This document shows, one piece after another, positions 1 through 13,586 of a stretch of DNA of 64,000 bases. The stretch covers positions 141,298,001-141,362,000 of the forward strand of contig OZ024742.1 in assembly GCA_964016885.1 (NCBI GenBank), given 5' to 3'. Position numbers and translations under genes: made by a program. This DNA is from Eledone cirrhosa (taxonomy: Eukaryota). How positions within the stretch are numbered: the stretch's first letter is position 1; every line of letters begins with the position of its first letter. The notes under the pieces were generated by a model. It saw only the letters and a list, made by a program, of their open reading frames with translations, did no database searches and had not been told where the DNA came from.

Positions 1-3000
1 TCGCCCTTACTGCCAATCTCTCGCTCTTACTGCCAATCTCTCGCCCTTACTGCCAATCTCTCGCCCTTACTGCCAATCCATCGACCTTCCTGCCAATCTC
101 TCGCCCTTACTGCCAATCTCTCGCCCTTACTGCCGATCTCTCGCCCTTACTGCGAATCCATCGCCCTTACTGCCAATCTCTCGCCCCTTACTGCCAATCT
201 CTCGCCCTTACTGCCAATCTCTCGCCCTTACTGCCAATCCATCGCCCTTCCTGCCAATCTCTCGCCCTTACTGCCAATCTCTCGCCCTTACTGCCAATCT
301 CTCGCCCTTACAGCCAATCCATCGCCCTTACTGCCGATCTCTCGCCCTTACTGCCAATTCATCGCCCTTACTGCCAATCCATCGCCCTTTCTGCCAATCT
401 CTCGCCCTTACAGCCAATCTCTCGTCCTTACTGCCAATCTCTCCCCCTTACTGCCAATCTCTCGCCCTTACTGCCAATCCATCGCCCTTACTGCCGATCT
501 CTCGCCCTTACTGCCAATTCATCGCCCTTACTGCCAATCCATCGCCCTTTCTGCCAATGTCTCGCCCTTACTGCCAATCTCTCGCCCTTACTGCCAATCT
601 CTCGCCCTTACTGCCAATCTCTCGCCCTTACAGCCAATCCATCGCCCTTACTGCCGATCTCTCGCCCTTACTGCCAATTCATCGCCCTTACTGCCAATCC
701 ATCGCCCTTTCTGCCAATCTCTCGCCCTTACAGCCAATCTCTCGTCCTTACTGCCAATCTCTCGCCCTTACTGCCAATCCATCGCCCTTACTGCCGATCT
801 CTCGCCCTTACTGCCAATTCATCGCCCTTACTGCCAATCCATCGCCCTTTCTGCCAATGTCTCGCCCTTACTGCCAATCTCTCGCCCTTACTGCCAATCT
901 CTCGCCCTTACTGCCAATCTCTCGCCCTTACAGCCAATCCATCGCCCTTACTGCCGATCTCTCGCCCTTACTGCCAATTCATCGCCCTTACTGCCAATCC
1001 ATCGCCCTTTCTGCCAATCTCTCGCCCTTACAGCCAATCTCTCGTCCTTACTGCCAATCTCTCGCCCTTACTGCCAATCCATCGCCCTTACTGCCGATCT
1101 CTCGCCCTTACTGCCAATTCATCGCCCTTACTGCCAATCCATCGCCCTTTCTGCCAATGTCTCGCCCTTACTGCCAATCTCTCGCCCTTACTGCCAATCT
1201 CTCGCCCTTACTGCCAATCTCTCGCCCTTACTGCCAATCCATCGCCCTTACTGCCAATCTCTCGCCCTTACTGCCAATCTCTCGCCCTTACTGCCAATCC
1301 ATCGCTCTTACTGCCAATCTGTCGCCCTTACTGCCAATCTCTCGCCCTTACTGCCAATCCATCGCTCTTACTGCCAATCTGTCGCCCTTACTGCCAATCC
1401 ATCGCCCTTACTGCCAATCTCTCGCCCTTACTGCCAATCTCTCGCCCTTACTGCTAATCCATCGCCCTTCCTGCCAATCTCTCGCCCTTACTGACAATCT
1501 CTCGCCCTTACTGCCAATCTCTCGCCCTTACTGCCAATCCATCGCCCTTACTGCCAATCTCTCGCCCCTTACTGCCAATCTCTCGCCCTTACTGCCAATC
1601 TCTCGCCCTTACTGCCAATCCATCGCCCTTCCTGCCAATCTCTCGCCCTTACTGCCAATCTCTCGCCCTTACTGCCAATCTCTCGCCCTTACAGCCAATC
1701 CATCGCCCTTACTGCCGATCTCTCGCCCTTACTGCCAATTCATCGCCCTTACTGCCAATCCATCGCCCTTTCTGCCAATCTCTCGCCCTTACTGCCAATC
1801 TCTCGTCCTTACTGCCAATCTCTCGCCCTTACTGCCAATCCATCGCCCTTACTGCCGATCTCTCGCCCTTACTGCCAATTCATCGCCCTTACTGCCAATC
1901 CATCGCCCTTTCTGCCAATGTCTCGCCCTTACTGCCAATCTCTCGCCCTTACTGCCAATCTCTCGCCCTTACTGCCAATCTCTCGCCCTTACTGCCAATC
2001 CATCGCCCTTACTGCCAATCTCTCGCCCTTACTGCCAATCTCTCGCCCTTACTGCCAATCCATCGCTCTTACTGCCAATCTGTCGCCCTTACTGCCAATC
2101 TCTCGCCCTTACTGCCAATCTCTCGCCCTTACTGCCAATCCATCGCTCTTACTGCCAATCTGTCGCCCTTACTGCCAATCCATCGCCCTTACTGCCAATC
2201 TCTCGCCCTTACTGCCAATCCATCGCCCTTACTGCCAATGTCTCGCCCTTACTGCCAATCTCTCGCCCTTACTGCTAATCCATCGCCCTTCCTGCCAATC
2301 TCTCGCCCTTACTGACAATCTCTCGCCCTTACTGCCAATCTCTCGCCCTTACTGCCAATGTCTCGCCCTTACTGCCAATCTCTCGCCCTTACTGCCAATC
2401 TCTCGCCCTTACTGCCAATGTCTCGCCCTTACTGCCAATCTCTCGCCCTTACTGCCAATCTCTCCCCCTTACTGCCAATCTCTCGCCCTTACTGCCAATC
2501 CATCGCCCTTACTGCCAATCTCTCGCCCTTACTGCCAATCTCTCGCCCTTACTGCCAATCTCTCGCCCTTACTGCCAATCCATCGCCCTTACTGCCAATC
2601 CATCGCCCTTCCTGCCAATCTCTCGCCCTTACTGCCAATCTCTCGCCCTTACTGCCAATCTCTCGCCCTTACTGCCAATCCATCGCCCTTCCTGCCAATC
2701 TCTCGCCCTTACTGACAATCTCTCGCCCTTACTGCCAATCTCTCGCCCTTACTGCCAATGTCTCGCCCTTACTGCCAATCTCTCGCCCTTACTGCCAATC
2801 TCTCGCCCTTACTGCCAATCCATCGCCCTTACTGCCAATCTCTCGCCCTTACTGCCAATCTCTCGCCCTTACTGCCAATCCATCGCCCTTACTGCCAATC
2901 CATCGCCCTTACTGCCAATCTCTCGCCCTTACTGCCAATCTCTCGCCCTTACTGCCAATCTCTCGCCCTTACTGCCAATCCATCGCCCTTACTGCCAATC

Positions 3001-6000
3001 TCTCGCCCTTACTGCCAATCTCTCGCCCTTACTGCCAATGTCTCGCCCTTACTGCCAATCTCTCGCCCTTACTGCCAATCTCTCGCCCTTACTGCCAATG
3101 TCTCGCCCTTACTGCCAATCTCTCGCCCTTACTGCCAATCTCTCGCCCTTACTGCCAATCTCTCGCCCTTACTGCCAATCTCTCGCCCTTACTGCCAATC
3201 CATCGCCCTTCCTGCCAATCTCTCGCCCTTACTGCCAATCTCTCGCCCTTACTGCCAATGTCTCGCCCTTACTGCCAATCTCTCGCCCTTACTGCCAATC
3301 TCTCGCCCTTACTGCCAATGTCTCGCCCTTACTGCCAATCTCTCGCCCTTACTGCCAATCTCTCGCCCTTACTGCCAATCTCTCGCCCTTACTGCCAATC
3401 CATCGCCCTTACTGCCAATCCATCGCCCTTACTGCCAATCTCTCGCCCTTACTGCCAATCTCTCGCCCTTACTGCCAATCTCTCGCCCTTACTGCCAATC
3501 CATCGCCCTTCCTGCCAATCTCTCGCCCTTACTGCCAATCTCTCGCCCTTACTGCCAATCTCTCGCCCTTACTGCCAATCCATCGCCCTTCCTGCCAATC
3601 TCTCGCCCTTACTGACAATCTCTCGCCCTTACTGCCAATCTCTCGCCCTTACTGCCAATGTCTCGCCCTTACTGCCAATCTCTCGCCCTTACTGCCAATC
3701 TCTCGCCCTTACTGCCAATCCATCGCCCTTACTGCCAATCTCTCGCCCTTACTGCCAATCTCTCGCCCTTACTGCCAATCCATCGCCCTTACTGCCAATC
3801 CATCGCCCTTACTGCCAATCTCTCGCCCTTACTGCCAATCTCTCGCCCTTACTGCCAATCTCTCGCCCTTACTGCCAATCCATCGCCCTTACTGCCAATC
3901 TCTCGCCCTTACTGCCAATCTCTCGCCCTTACTGCCAATCCATCGCCCTTACTGCCAATCCATCGCCCTTCCTGCCAATCTCTCGCCCTTACTGCCAATC
4001 TCTCGCCCTTACTGCCAATCTCTCGCCCTTACTGCCAATCCATCGCCCTTCCTGCCAATCTCTCGCCCTTACTGACAATCTCTCGCCCTTACTGCCAATC
4101 TCTCGCCCTTACTGCCAATGTCTCGCCCTTACTGCCAATCTCTCGCCCTTACTGCCAATCTCTCGCCCTTACTGCCAATCCATCGCCCTTACTGCCAATC
4201 TCTCGCCCTTACTGCCAATCTCTCGCCCTTACTGCCAATCCATCGCCCTTACTGCCAATCCATCGCCCTTACTGCCAATCTCTCGCCCTTACTGCCAATC
4301 TCTCGCCCTTACTGCCAATCTCTCGCCCTTACTGCCAATCCATCGCCCTTACTGCCAATCTCTCGCCCTTACTGCCAATCTCTCGCCCTTACTGCCAATC
4401 CATCGCCCTTACTGCCAATCCATCGCCGTTACTGCCAATCTCTCGCCCTTACTGCCAATCTCTCGCCCTTACTGCCAATCTCTCGCCCTTACTGCCAATC
4501 TCTCGCCCTTACTGCCAATCTCTCGCCCTTACTGCCAATCTCTCGCCCTTACTGCCAATCTCTCGCCCTTACTGCCAATGTCTCGCCCTTACTGCCAATC
4601 TCTCGCCCTTACTGCCAATCTCTCGCCCTTACTGCCAATCCATCGCCCTTACTGCCAATCTCTCGCCCTTACTGCCAATCTCTCCCCCTTACTGCCAATC
4701 TCTCGCCCTTACTGCCAATCCATCGCCCTTACTGCCAATCTCTCGCCCTTACTGCCAATCTCTCGCCCTTACTGCCAATCTCTCGCCCTTACTGCCAATC
4801 CATCGCCCTTACTGCCAATCCATCGCCCTTCCTGCCAATCTCTCGCCCTTACTGCCAATCTCTCGCCCTTACTGCCAATCTCTCGCCCTTACTGCCAATC
4901 CATCGCCCTTACTGCCAATCCATCGCCCTTCCTGCCAATCTCTCGCCCTTACTGCCAATCTCTCTCCCTTACTGCCAATCTCTCGCCCTTACTGCCAATC
5001 TCTCGCCCTTACTGCCAATCTCTCGCCCTTACTGCCAATCTCTCGCCCTTACTGCCAATCCATCGCCCTTCCTGCCAATCTCTCGCCCTTCCTGCCAATC
5101 TCTCGCCCTTACTGCCAATCTCTCGCCCTTACTGCCAATCTCTCGCCCTTACTGCCAATCCATCGCCCTTCCTGCCAATCTCTCGCCCTTACTGCCAATC
5201 TCTCGCCCTTACTGCCAATCTCTCGCCCTTACTGCCAATCTCTCGCCCTTACTGCCAATCCATCGCCCTTCCTGCCAATCTCTCGCCCTTACTGCCAATC
5301 TCTCGCCCTTACTGCCAATCTCTCTCCCTTACTGCCAATCTCTCGCCCTTACTGCCAATCCATCGCCCTTCCTGCCAATCTCTCGCCCTTACTGCCAATC
5401 TCTCCCCCTTACTGCCAATCTCTCGCCCTTACTGCCAATCTCTCGCCCTTACTGCCAATCTCTCGCCCTTACTGCCAATCTCTCCCCCTTACTGCCAATC
5501 TCTCGCCCTTACTGCCAATCTCTCGCCCTTACTGCCAATCTCTCGCCCTTACTGCCAATCTCTCGCCCTTACTGCCAATCCATCGCCCTTCCTGCCAATC
5601 CATCGCCCTTACTGCCAATCTCTCGCCCTTACTGCCAATCTCTCGCCCTTCCTGTCAATCTCTCGCCCTTACTGCCAATCCATCGCCCTTACTGCCAATC
5701 TCTCGCCCTTACTGCCAATCTCTCGCCCTTACTGCCAATCTCTCGCCCTTACTGCCAATCTCTCGCCCTTACTGCCAATCCATCGCCCTTACTGCCAATC
5801 CATCGCCCTTACTGCCAATCCATCGCCCTTCCTGCCAATGTCTCGCCCTTACTGCCAATCTCTCGCCCTTACTGCCAATCTCTCGCCCTTACTGCCAATC
5901 TCTCGCCCTTACTGCCAATCCATCGCCCTTACTGCCAATCTCTCGCCCTTACTGCCAATCCATCGCCCTTACTGCCAATCCATCGCCCTTACTGCCAATC

Positions 6001-9000
6001 TCTCGCCCTTACTGCCAATCTCTCGCCCTTACTGCCAATCTCTCGCCCTTACTGCCAATCCATCGCCCTTACTGCCAATCTCTCGCCCTTACTGCCAATC
6101 TCTCGCCCTTACTGCCAATCTCTCGCCCTTACTGCCAATCCATCGCCCTTACTGCCAATCTCTCGCCCTTACTGCCAATCTCTCGCCCTTACTGCCAATC
6201 TCTCGCCCTTACTGCCAATCCATCGCCCTTCCTGCCAATCTCTCGCCCTTACTGCCAATCTCTCGCCCTTACTGCCAATCCATCGCTCTTACTGCCAATC
6301 CATCGCCCTTACTGCCGATCTCTCGCCCTTACTGCCAATTCATCGCCCTTACTGCCAATCCATCGCCCTTTCTGCCAATGTCTCGCCCTTCCTGCCAATC
6401 TCTCGCCCTTACTGCCAATCTCTCGCCCTTACTGCCAATCTCTCGTCCTTACTGCCAATCTCTCGCCCTTACTGCCAATCCATCGCCCTTACTGCCAATC
6501 TCTCGCCCTTACTGCCAATCTCTCCCCCTTACTGCCAATCTCTCGCCCTTACTGCCAATCTCTCGCCCTTACTGCCAATCCATCGCCCTTACTGCCAATC
6601 TCTCGCCCTTACTGCCAATCTCTCGCCCTTACTGCCAATCTCTCGCCCTTACTGCCAATCTCTCGCCCTTACTGCCAATCCATCGCCCTTACTGCCAATC
6701 CATCGCCCTTCCTGCCAATCTCTCGCCCTTACTGCCAATCTCTCGCCCTTACTGCCAATCTCTCGCCCTTACTGCCAATCCATCGCCCTTACTGCCAATC
6801 TCTCGCCCTTACTGCCAATCTCTCGCCCTTACTGCCAATCTCTCGCCCTTACTGCCAATCCATCGCCCTTACTGCCGATCTCTCGCCCTTACTGCCAATT
6901 CATCGCCCTTTCTGCCAATCCATCGCCCTTACTGCCGATCTCTCGCCCTTACTGCCAATCTCTCGCCCTTACTGCCAATCTCTCGCCCTTACTGCCAATC
7001 TCTCCCCCTTACTGCCAATCTCTCGCCCTTACTTCCAATCTCTCGCCCTTACTGCCAATCTCTCGCCCTTACTGCCAATCTCTCGCCCTTACTGCCAATC
7101 TCTCGCCCTTACTGCCAATCTCTCGCCCTTACTGCCAATACATCGCCCTTACTGCCAATCTCTCGCCCTTACTTCCAATCTCTCGCCCTTACTGCCAATC
7201 TCTCCCCCTTACTGCCAATTCATCGCCCTTACTGCCAATCCATCGCCCTTCCTGCCAATCTCTCGCCCTTACTGCCAATCTCTCGCCCTTACTGCCAATC
7301 TCTCGCCCTTACTGCCAATCTCTCGCCCTTACTGCCAATCTCTCGCCCTTACTGCCAATCTCTCCCCCTTACTGCCAATCTCTCGCCCTTACTGCCAATC
7401 CATCGCCCTTACTGCCAATCCATCGCCCTTACTGCCAATCTCTCGCCCTTACTGCCAATCTCTCGCCTTTACTGCCAATCTCTCGCCCTTACTGCCAATC
7501 TCTCGCCCTTACTGCCAATCCATCGCCCTTACTGCCAATCCATCGCCCTTCCTGCCAATCCATCGCCCTTACTGCCAATCTCTCGCCCTTACTGCCAATC
7601 CATTGCCCTTCCTGCCAATCCCTCGCCCTTACTGCCAATCTCTCGCCCTTACTGCCAATCTCTCGCCCTTACTTCCAATCTCTCGCCCTTACTGCCAATC
7701 TCTCCCCCTTACTGCCAATTCATCGCCCTTTCTGCCAATCCATCGCCCTTACTGCCGATCTCTCGCCCTTACTGCCAATCCATCGCCCTTCCTGCCAATC
7801 CATCGCCCTTACTGCCAATCTCTCGCCCTTACTGCCAATCCATTGCCCTTCCTGCCAATCCCTCGCCCTTACTGCCAATCTCTCGCCCTTACTGCCAATC
7901 TCTCGCCCTTACTGCCAATCCATCGCCCTTACTGCCAATCTCTCGCCCTTACTTCCAATCTCTCGCCCTTACTGCCAATCTCTCCCCCTTACTGCCAATT
8001 CATCGCCCTTTCTGCCAATCCATCGCCCTTACTGCCGATCTCTCGCCCTTACTGCCAATCTCTCGCCCTTACTGCCGATCTCTCGTCCTTACTGCCAATC
8101 TCTCGCCCTTACTGCCAATCTCTCGTCCTTACTGCCAATCCATCGCCCTTACTGCCAATCTCTCGCCCTTACTGCCAATCTCTCGCCCTTACTGCCAATC
8201 TCTCGCCCTTACTGCCAATCCATCGCCCTTCCTGCCAATCTCTCGCCCTTACTGCCAATCTCTCGCCCATACTGCCAATCTCTCGCCCTTACTGCCAATC
8301 TCTCGCCCTTACTGCCAATCTCTCGCCCTTACTGCCAATCCATCGCCCTTCCTGCCAATCTCTCGCCCTTACTGCCAATCTCTCGCCCTTACTGCCGATC
8401 TCTCGCCCTTACTGCCAATCCATCGCCCTTACTGCCAATCGCTCGCCCTTACTGCCAATCTCTCGCCCTTACTGCCAATCTCTCGCACTTACTGCCAATC
8501 CATCGCCCTTCCTGCCAATCTCTCGCCCTTACTGCCAATCTCTCGCCCTTACTGCCAATCTCTCGCCCTTACAGCCAATCCATCGCCCTTACTGCCGATC
8601 TCTCGCCCTTACTGCCAATTCATCGCCCTTACTGCCAATCCATCGCCCTTTCTGCCAATCTCTCGCCCTTACTGCCAATCTCTCGTCCTTACTGCCAATC
8701 TCTCGCCCTTACTGCCAATCTCTCGCCCTTACTGCCAATCTCTCGCTCTTACTGCCAATCTCTCGCCCTTACTGCCAATCTCTCGCCCTTACTGCCAATC
8801 CATCGACCTTCCTGCCAATCTCTCGCCCTTACTGCCAATCTCTCGCCCTTACTGCCGATCTCTCGCCCTTACTGCGAATCCATCGCCCTTACTGCCAATC
8901 TCTCGCCCCTTACTGCCAATCTCTCGCCCTTACTGCCAATCTCTCGCACTTACTGCCAATCCATCGCCCTTCCTGCCAATCTCTCGCCCTTACTGCCAAT

Positions 9001-12000
9001 TCATCGCCCTTACTGCCAATCCATCGCCCTTTCTGCCAATCTCTCGCCCTTACTGCCAATCTCTCGTCCTTACTGCCAATCTCTCGCCCTTACTGCCAAT
9101 CCATCGCCCTTACTGCCGATCTCTCGCCCTTACTGCCAATTCATCGCCCTTACTGCCAATCCATCGCCCTTTCTGCCAATGTCTCGCCCTTACTGCCAAT
9201 TCATCGCCCTTACTGCCAATCCATCGCCCTTACTGCCAATCTCTCGCCCTTACTGCCAATCTCTCGCCCTTACTGCCAATCCATCGCCCTTACTGCCAAT
9301 CTCTCGCCCTTACTGCCAATTCATCGCCCTTACTGCCAATCCATCGCCCTTACTGCCAATCTCTCGCCCTTACTGCCAATTCATCGCCCTTACTGCCAAT
9401 CCATCGCCCTTCCTGCCAATCTCTCGCCCTTACTGCCAATTCATCGCCCTTACTGCCAATCCATCGCCCTTACTGCCAATCTCTCGCCCTTACTGCCAAT
9501 CTCTCGCCCTTACTGCCAATCTCTCGCCCTTACTGCCAATCCATCGCCCTTACTGCCAATCTCTCGCCCTTACTGCCAATCTCTCGCCCTTACTGCCAAT
9601 CCATCGCTCTTACTGCCAATCTGTCGCCCTTACTGCCAATCTCTCGCCCTTACTGCCAATCTCTCGCCCTTACTGCCAATCCATCGCTCTTACTGCCAAT
9701 CTGTCGCCCTTACTGCCAATCCATCGCCCTTACTGCCAATCTCTCGCCCTTACTGCCAATCTCTCGCCCTTACTGCTAATCCATCGCCCTTCCTGCCAAT
9801 CTCTCGCCCTTACTGACAATCTCTCGCCCTTACTGCCAATCTCTCGCCCTTACTGCCAATCCATCGCCCTTACTGCCAATCTCTCGCCCTTACTGCCAAT
9901 CTCTCGCCCTTACTGCCAATCCATCGCCCTTACTGCCAATCCATCGCCCTTACTGCCAATCTCTCGCCCTTACTGCCAATCTCTCGCCCTTACTGCCAAT
10001 CTCTCGCCCTTACTGCCAATCCATCGCCCTTACTGCCGATCTCTCGCCCTTACTGCCAATCTCTCGCCCTTACTGCCAATCTCTCCCCCTTACTGCCAAT
10101 CTCTCGCCCTTACTGCCAATCTCTCGCCCTTACTGCTAATCCATCGCCCTTCCTGCCAATCTCTCGCCCTTACTGCCAATCTCTCGCCCTTACTGCCAAT
10201 CTCTCGCCCTTACTGCCAATGTCTCGCCCTTACTGCCAATCTCTCGCCCTTACTGCCAATCTCTCGCCCTTACTGCCAATCTCTCGCCCTTACTGCCAAT
10301 GTCTCGCCCTTACTGCCAATCTCTCGCCCTTACTGCCAATCCATCGCCCTTACTGACAATCTCTCGCCCTTACTGCCAATCTCTCGCCCTTACTGCCAAT
10401 GTCTCGCCCTTACTGCCAATCTCTCGCCCTTACTGCCAATCTCTCGCCCTTACTGCCAATCCATCGCCCTTACTGCCAATCTCTCGCCCTTACTGCCAAT
10501 CTCTCGCCCTTACTGCCGATCTCTCGCCCTTACTGCCAATCCATCGCCCTTTCTGCCAATCCATCGCCCTTACTGCCGATCTCTCGCCCTTACTGCCAAT
10601 CTCTCGCCCTTACTGCCAATCTCTCGCCCTTACTGCCAATTCATCGCCCTTTCTGCCAATCCATCGCCCTTACTGCCGATCTCTCGCCCTTACTGCCAAT
10701 CTCTCGCCCTTACTGCCAATCTCTCCCCCTTACTGCCAATCTCTCGCCCTTACTGCCAATCCATCGCCCTTACTGCCAATCCATCGCCCTTCCTGCCAAT
10801 CTCTCGCCCTTACTGCCAATCTCTCTCCCTTACTGCCAATCTCTCGCCCTTACTGCCAATCTCTCGCCCTTACTGCCAATCTCTCGCCCTTACTGCCAAT
10901 CTCTCGCCCTTACTGCCAATCCATCGCCCTTCCTGCCAATCTCTCGCCCTTACTGCCAATCCATCGCCCTTACTGCCAATCTCTCGCCCTTACTGCCAAT
11001 CTCTCGCCCTTACTGCCAATCTCTCGCCCTTACTGCCAATCTCCCCCCCTTACTGCCAATCTCTCTCCCTTACTGCCAATCTCTCGCCCTTACTGCCAAT
11101 CTCTCGCCCTTACTGCCAATCTCTCGCCCTTACTGCCAATCTCCCCCCCTTACTGCCAATCTCTCGCCCTTACTGCCAATCTCTCGCCCTTACTGCCAAT
11201 CTCTCGCCCTTACTGCCAATCCATCGCCCTTCCTGCCAATCTCTCGCCCTTACTGCCAATCTCTCGCCCTTACTGCCAATCTCTCTCCCTTACTGCCAAT
11301 CTCTCGCCCTTACTGCCAATCCATCGCCCTTCCTGCCAATCTCTCGCCCTTACTGCCAATCCATCGCCCTTCCTGCCAATCTCTCGCCCTTCCTGCCAAT
11401 CTCTCGCCCTTACTGCCAATCTCTCGCCCTTACTGCCAATCCATCGCCCTTCCTGCCAATCTCTCGCCCTTACTGCCAATCTCTCGCCCTTACTGCCAAT
11501 CTCTCGCCCTTACTGCCAATCCATCGCCCTTACTGCCAATCTCTCGCCCTTACTGCCAATCTCTCGCCCTTACTGCCAATCTCTCTCCCTTACTGCCAAT
11601 CTCTCGCCCTTACTGCCAATCTCTCGCCCTTACTGCCAATCTCTCGCCCTTACTGCCAATCCATCGCCCTTACTGCCAATCTCTCGCCCTTACTGCCAAT
11701 CTCTCGCCCTTACTGCCAATCTCTCGCCCTTACTGCCAATCTCCCCCCCTTACTGCCAATCTCTCGCCCTTACTGCCAATCTCTCGCCCTTACTGCCAAT
11801 CTCTCGCCCTTACTGCCAATCCATCGCCCTTCCTGCCAATCTCTCGCCCTTACTGCCAATCTCTCGCCCTTACTGCCAATCTCTCTCCCTTACTGCCAAT
11901 CTCTCGCCCTTACTGCCAATCCATCGCCCTTACTGCCAATCTCTCCCCCTTACTGCCAATCTCTCGCCCTTACTGCCAATCTCTCGCCCTTACTGCCAAT

Positions 12001-13586
12001 CCATCGCCCTTCCTGCCAATCTCTCGCCCTTACTGCCAATCTCTCGCCCTTCCTGCCAATCTCTCGCCCTTACTGCCAATCCATCGCCCTTCCTGCCAAT
12101 CTCTCGCCCTTACTGCCAATCTCTCGCCCTTCCTGCCAATCTCTCGCCCTTACTGCCAATCCATCGCCCTTACTGCCAATCTCTCGCCCTTACTGCCAAT
12201 CTCTCGCCCTTACTGCCAATCTCTCGCCCTTACTGCCAATCCATCGCCCTTCCTGCCAATCTCTCGCCCTTACTGCCAATCTCTCGCCCTTACTGCCAAT
12301 CTCTCGCCCTTACTGCCAATCTCTCGCCCTTACTGCCAATCCATCGCCCTTCCTGCCAATCTCTCGCCCTTACTGCCAATCTCTCGCCCTTACTGCCAAT
12401 CTCTCTCCCTTACTGCCAATCTCTCGCCCTTACTGCCAATCCATCGCCCTTCCTGCCAATCTCTCGCCCTTACTGCCAATCCATCGCCCTTACTGCCAAT
12501 CTCTCGCCCTTACTGCCAATCTCTCGCCCTTACTGCCAATCTCTCGCCCTTACTGCCAATCTCTCGCCCTTACTGCCAATCTCTCGCCCTTACTGCCAAT
12601 CCATCGCCCTTCCTGCCAATCCATCGCCCTTACTGCCAATCTCTCGCCCTTACTGCCAATCTCTCGCCCTTCCTGTCAATCTCTCGCCCTTACTGCCAAT
12701 CCATCGCCCTTACTGCCAATCTCTCGCCCTTACTGCCAATCTCTCGCCCTTACTGCCAATCTCTCGCCCTTACTGCCAATCCATCGCCCTTACTGCCAAT
12801 CCATCGCCCTTCCTGCCAATCTCTCGCCCTTCCTGCCAATCTCTCGCCCTTACTGCCAATCTCTCCCCCTTACTGCCAATCTCTCGCCCTTACTGCCAAT
12901 CTCTCGCCCTTACTGCCAATCCATCGCCCTTACTGCCAATCTCTCGCCCTTACTGCCAATCCATCGCCCTTCCTGCCAATCTCTCGCCCTTCCTGCCAAT
13001 CTCTCGCCCTTACTGCCAATCTCTCGCCCTTACTGCCAATCTCTCGCCCTTACTGCCAATCTCTCGCCCTTACTGCCAATCCATCGCCCTTACTGCCAAT
13101 CCATCGCCCTTACTGCCAATCCATCGCCCTTCCTGCCAATCTCTCGCCCTTACTGCCAATCTCTCGCCCTTACTGCCAATCTCTCGCCCTTACTGCCAAT
13201 CCATCGCCCTTACTGCCAATCCATCGCCCTTCCTGCCAATCCATCGCCCTTACTGCCAATCTCTCGCCCTTACTGCCAATCTGTCGCCCTTACTGCCAAT
13301 CTCTCGCCCTTACTGCCAATCCATCGCCCTTCCTGCCAATCTCTCGCCCTTACTGCCAATCTCTCGCCCTTACTGCCAATCTCTCGCCCTTACTGCCAAT
13401 CCATCGCCCTTCCTGCCAATCTCTCGCCCTTACTGCCAATCTCTCGCCCTTACTGCCAATCTCTCGCCCTTACTGCCAATCCATCGCCCTTCCTGCCAAT
13501 CTCTCGCCCTTACTGCCAATCTCTCGCCCTTACTGCCAATCTCTCGCCCTTACTGCCAATCTCTCGCCCTTACTGCCAATCCATCG
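1..13586. repeat. 20-bp tandem satellite, consensus TCGCCCTTACTGCCAATC(TC/CA), ~680 copies, runs off the left edge of the window
   Basis: Direct periodicity. Two main variants (..AATCTCTCG.. and ..AATCCATCG..) plus rare SNP variants. Only three 1-bp insertions (extra C near 187, 1567, 8908). Ends abruptly at CCATCG|ATAATAATG. Confidence 0.99.

Noticed and set aside
1-13586. CRISPR-like array
   Set aside because: There are no unique spacers and no cas genes, and the context is eukaryotic.
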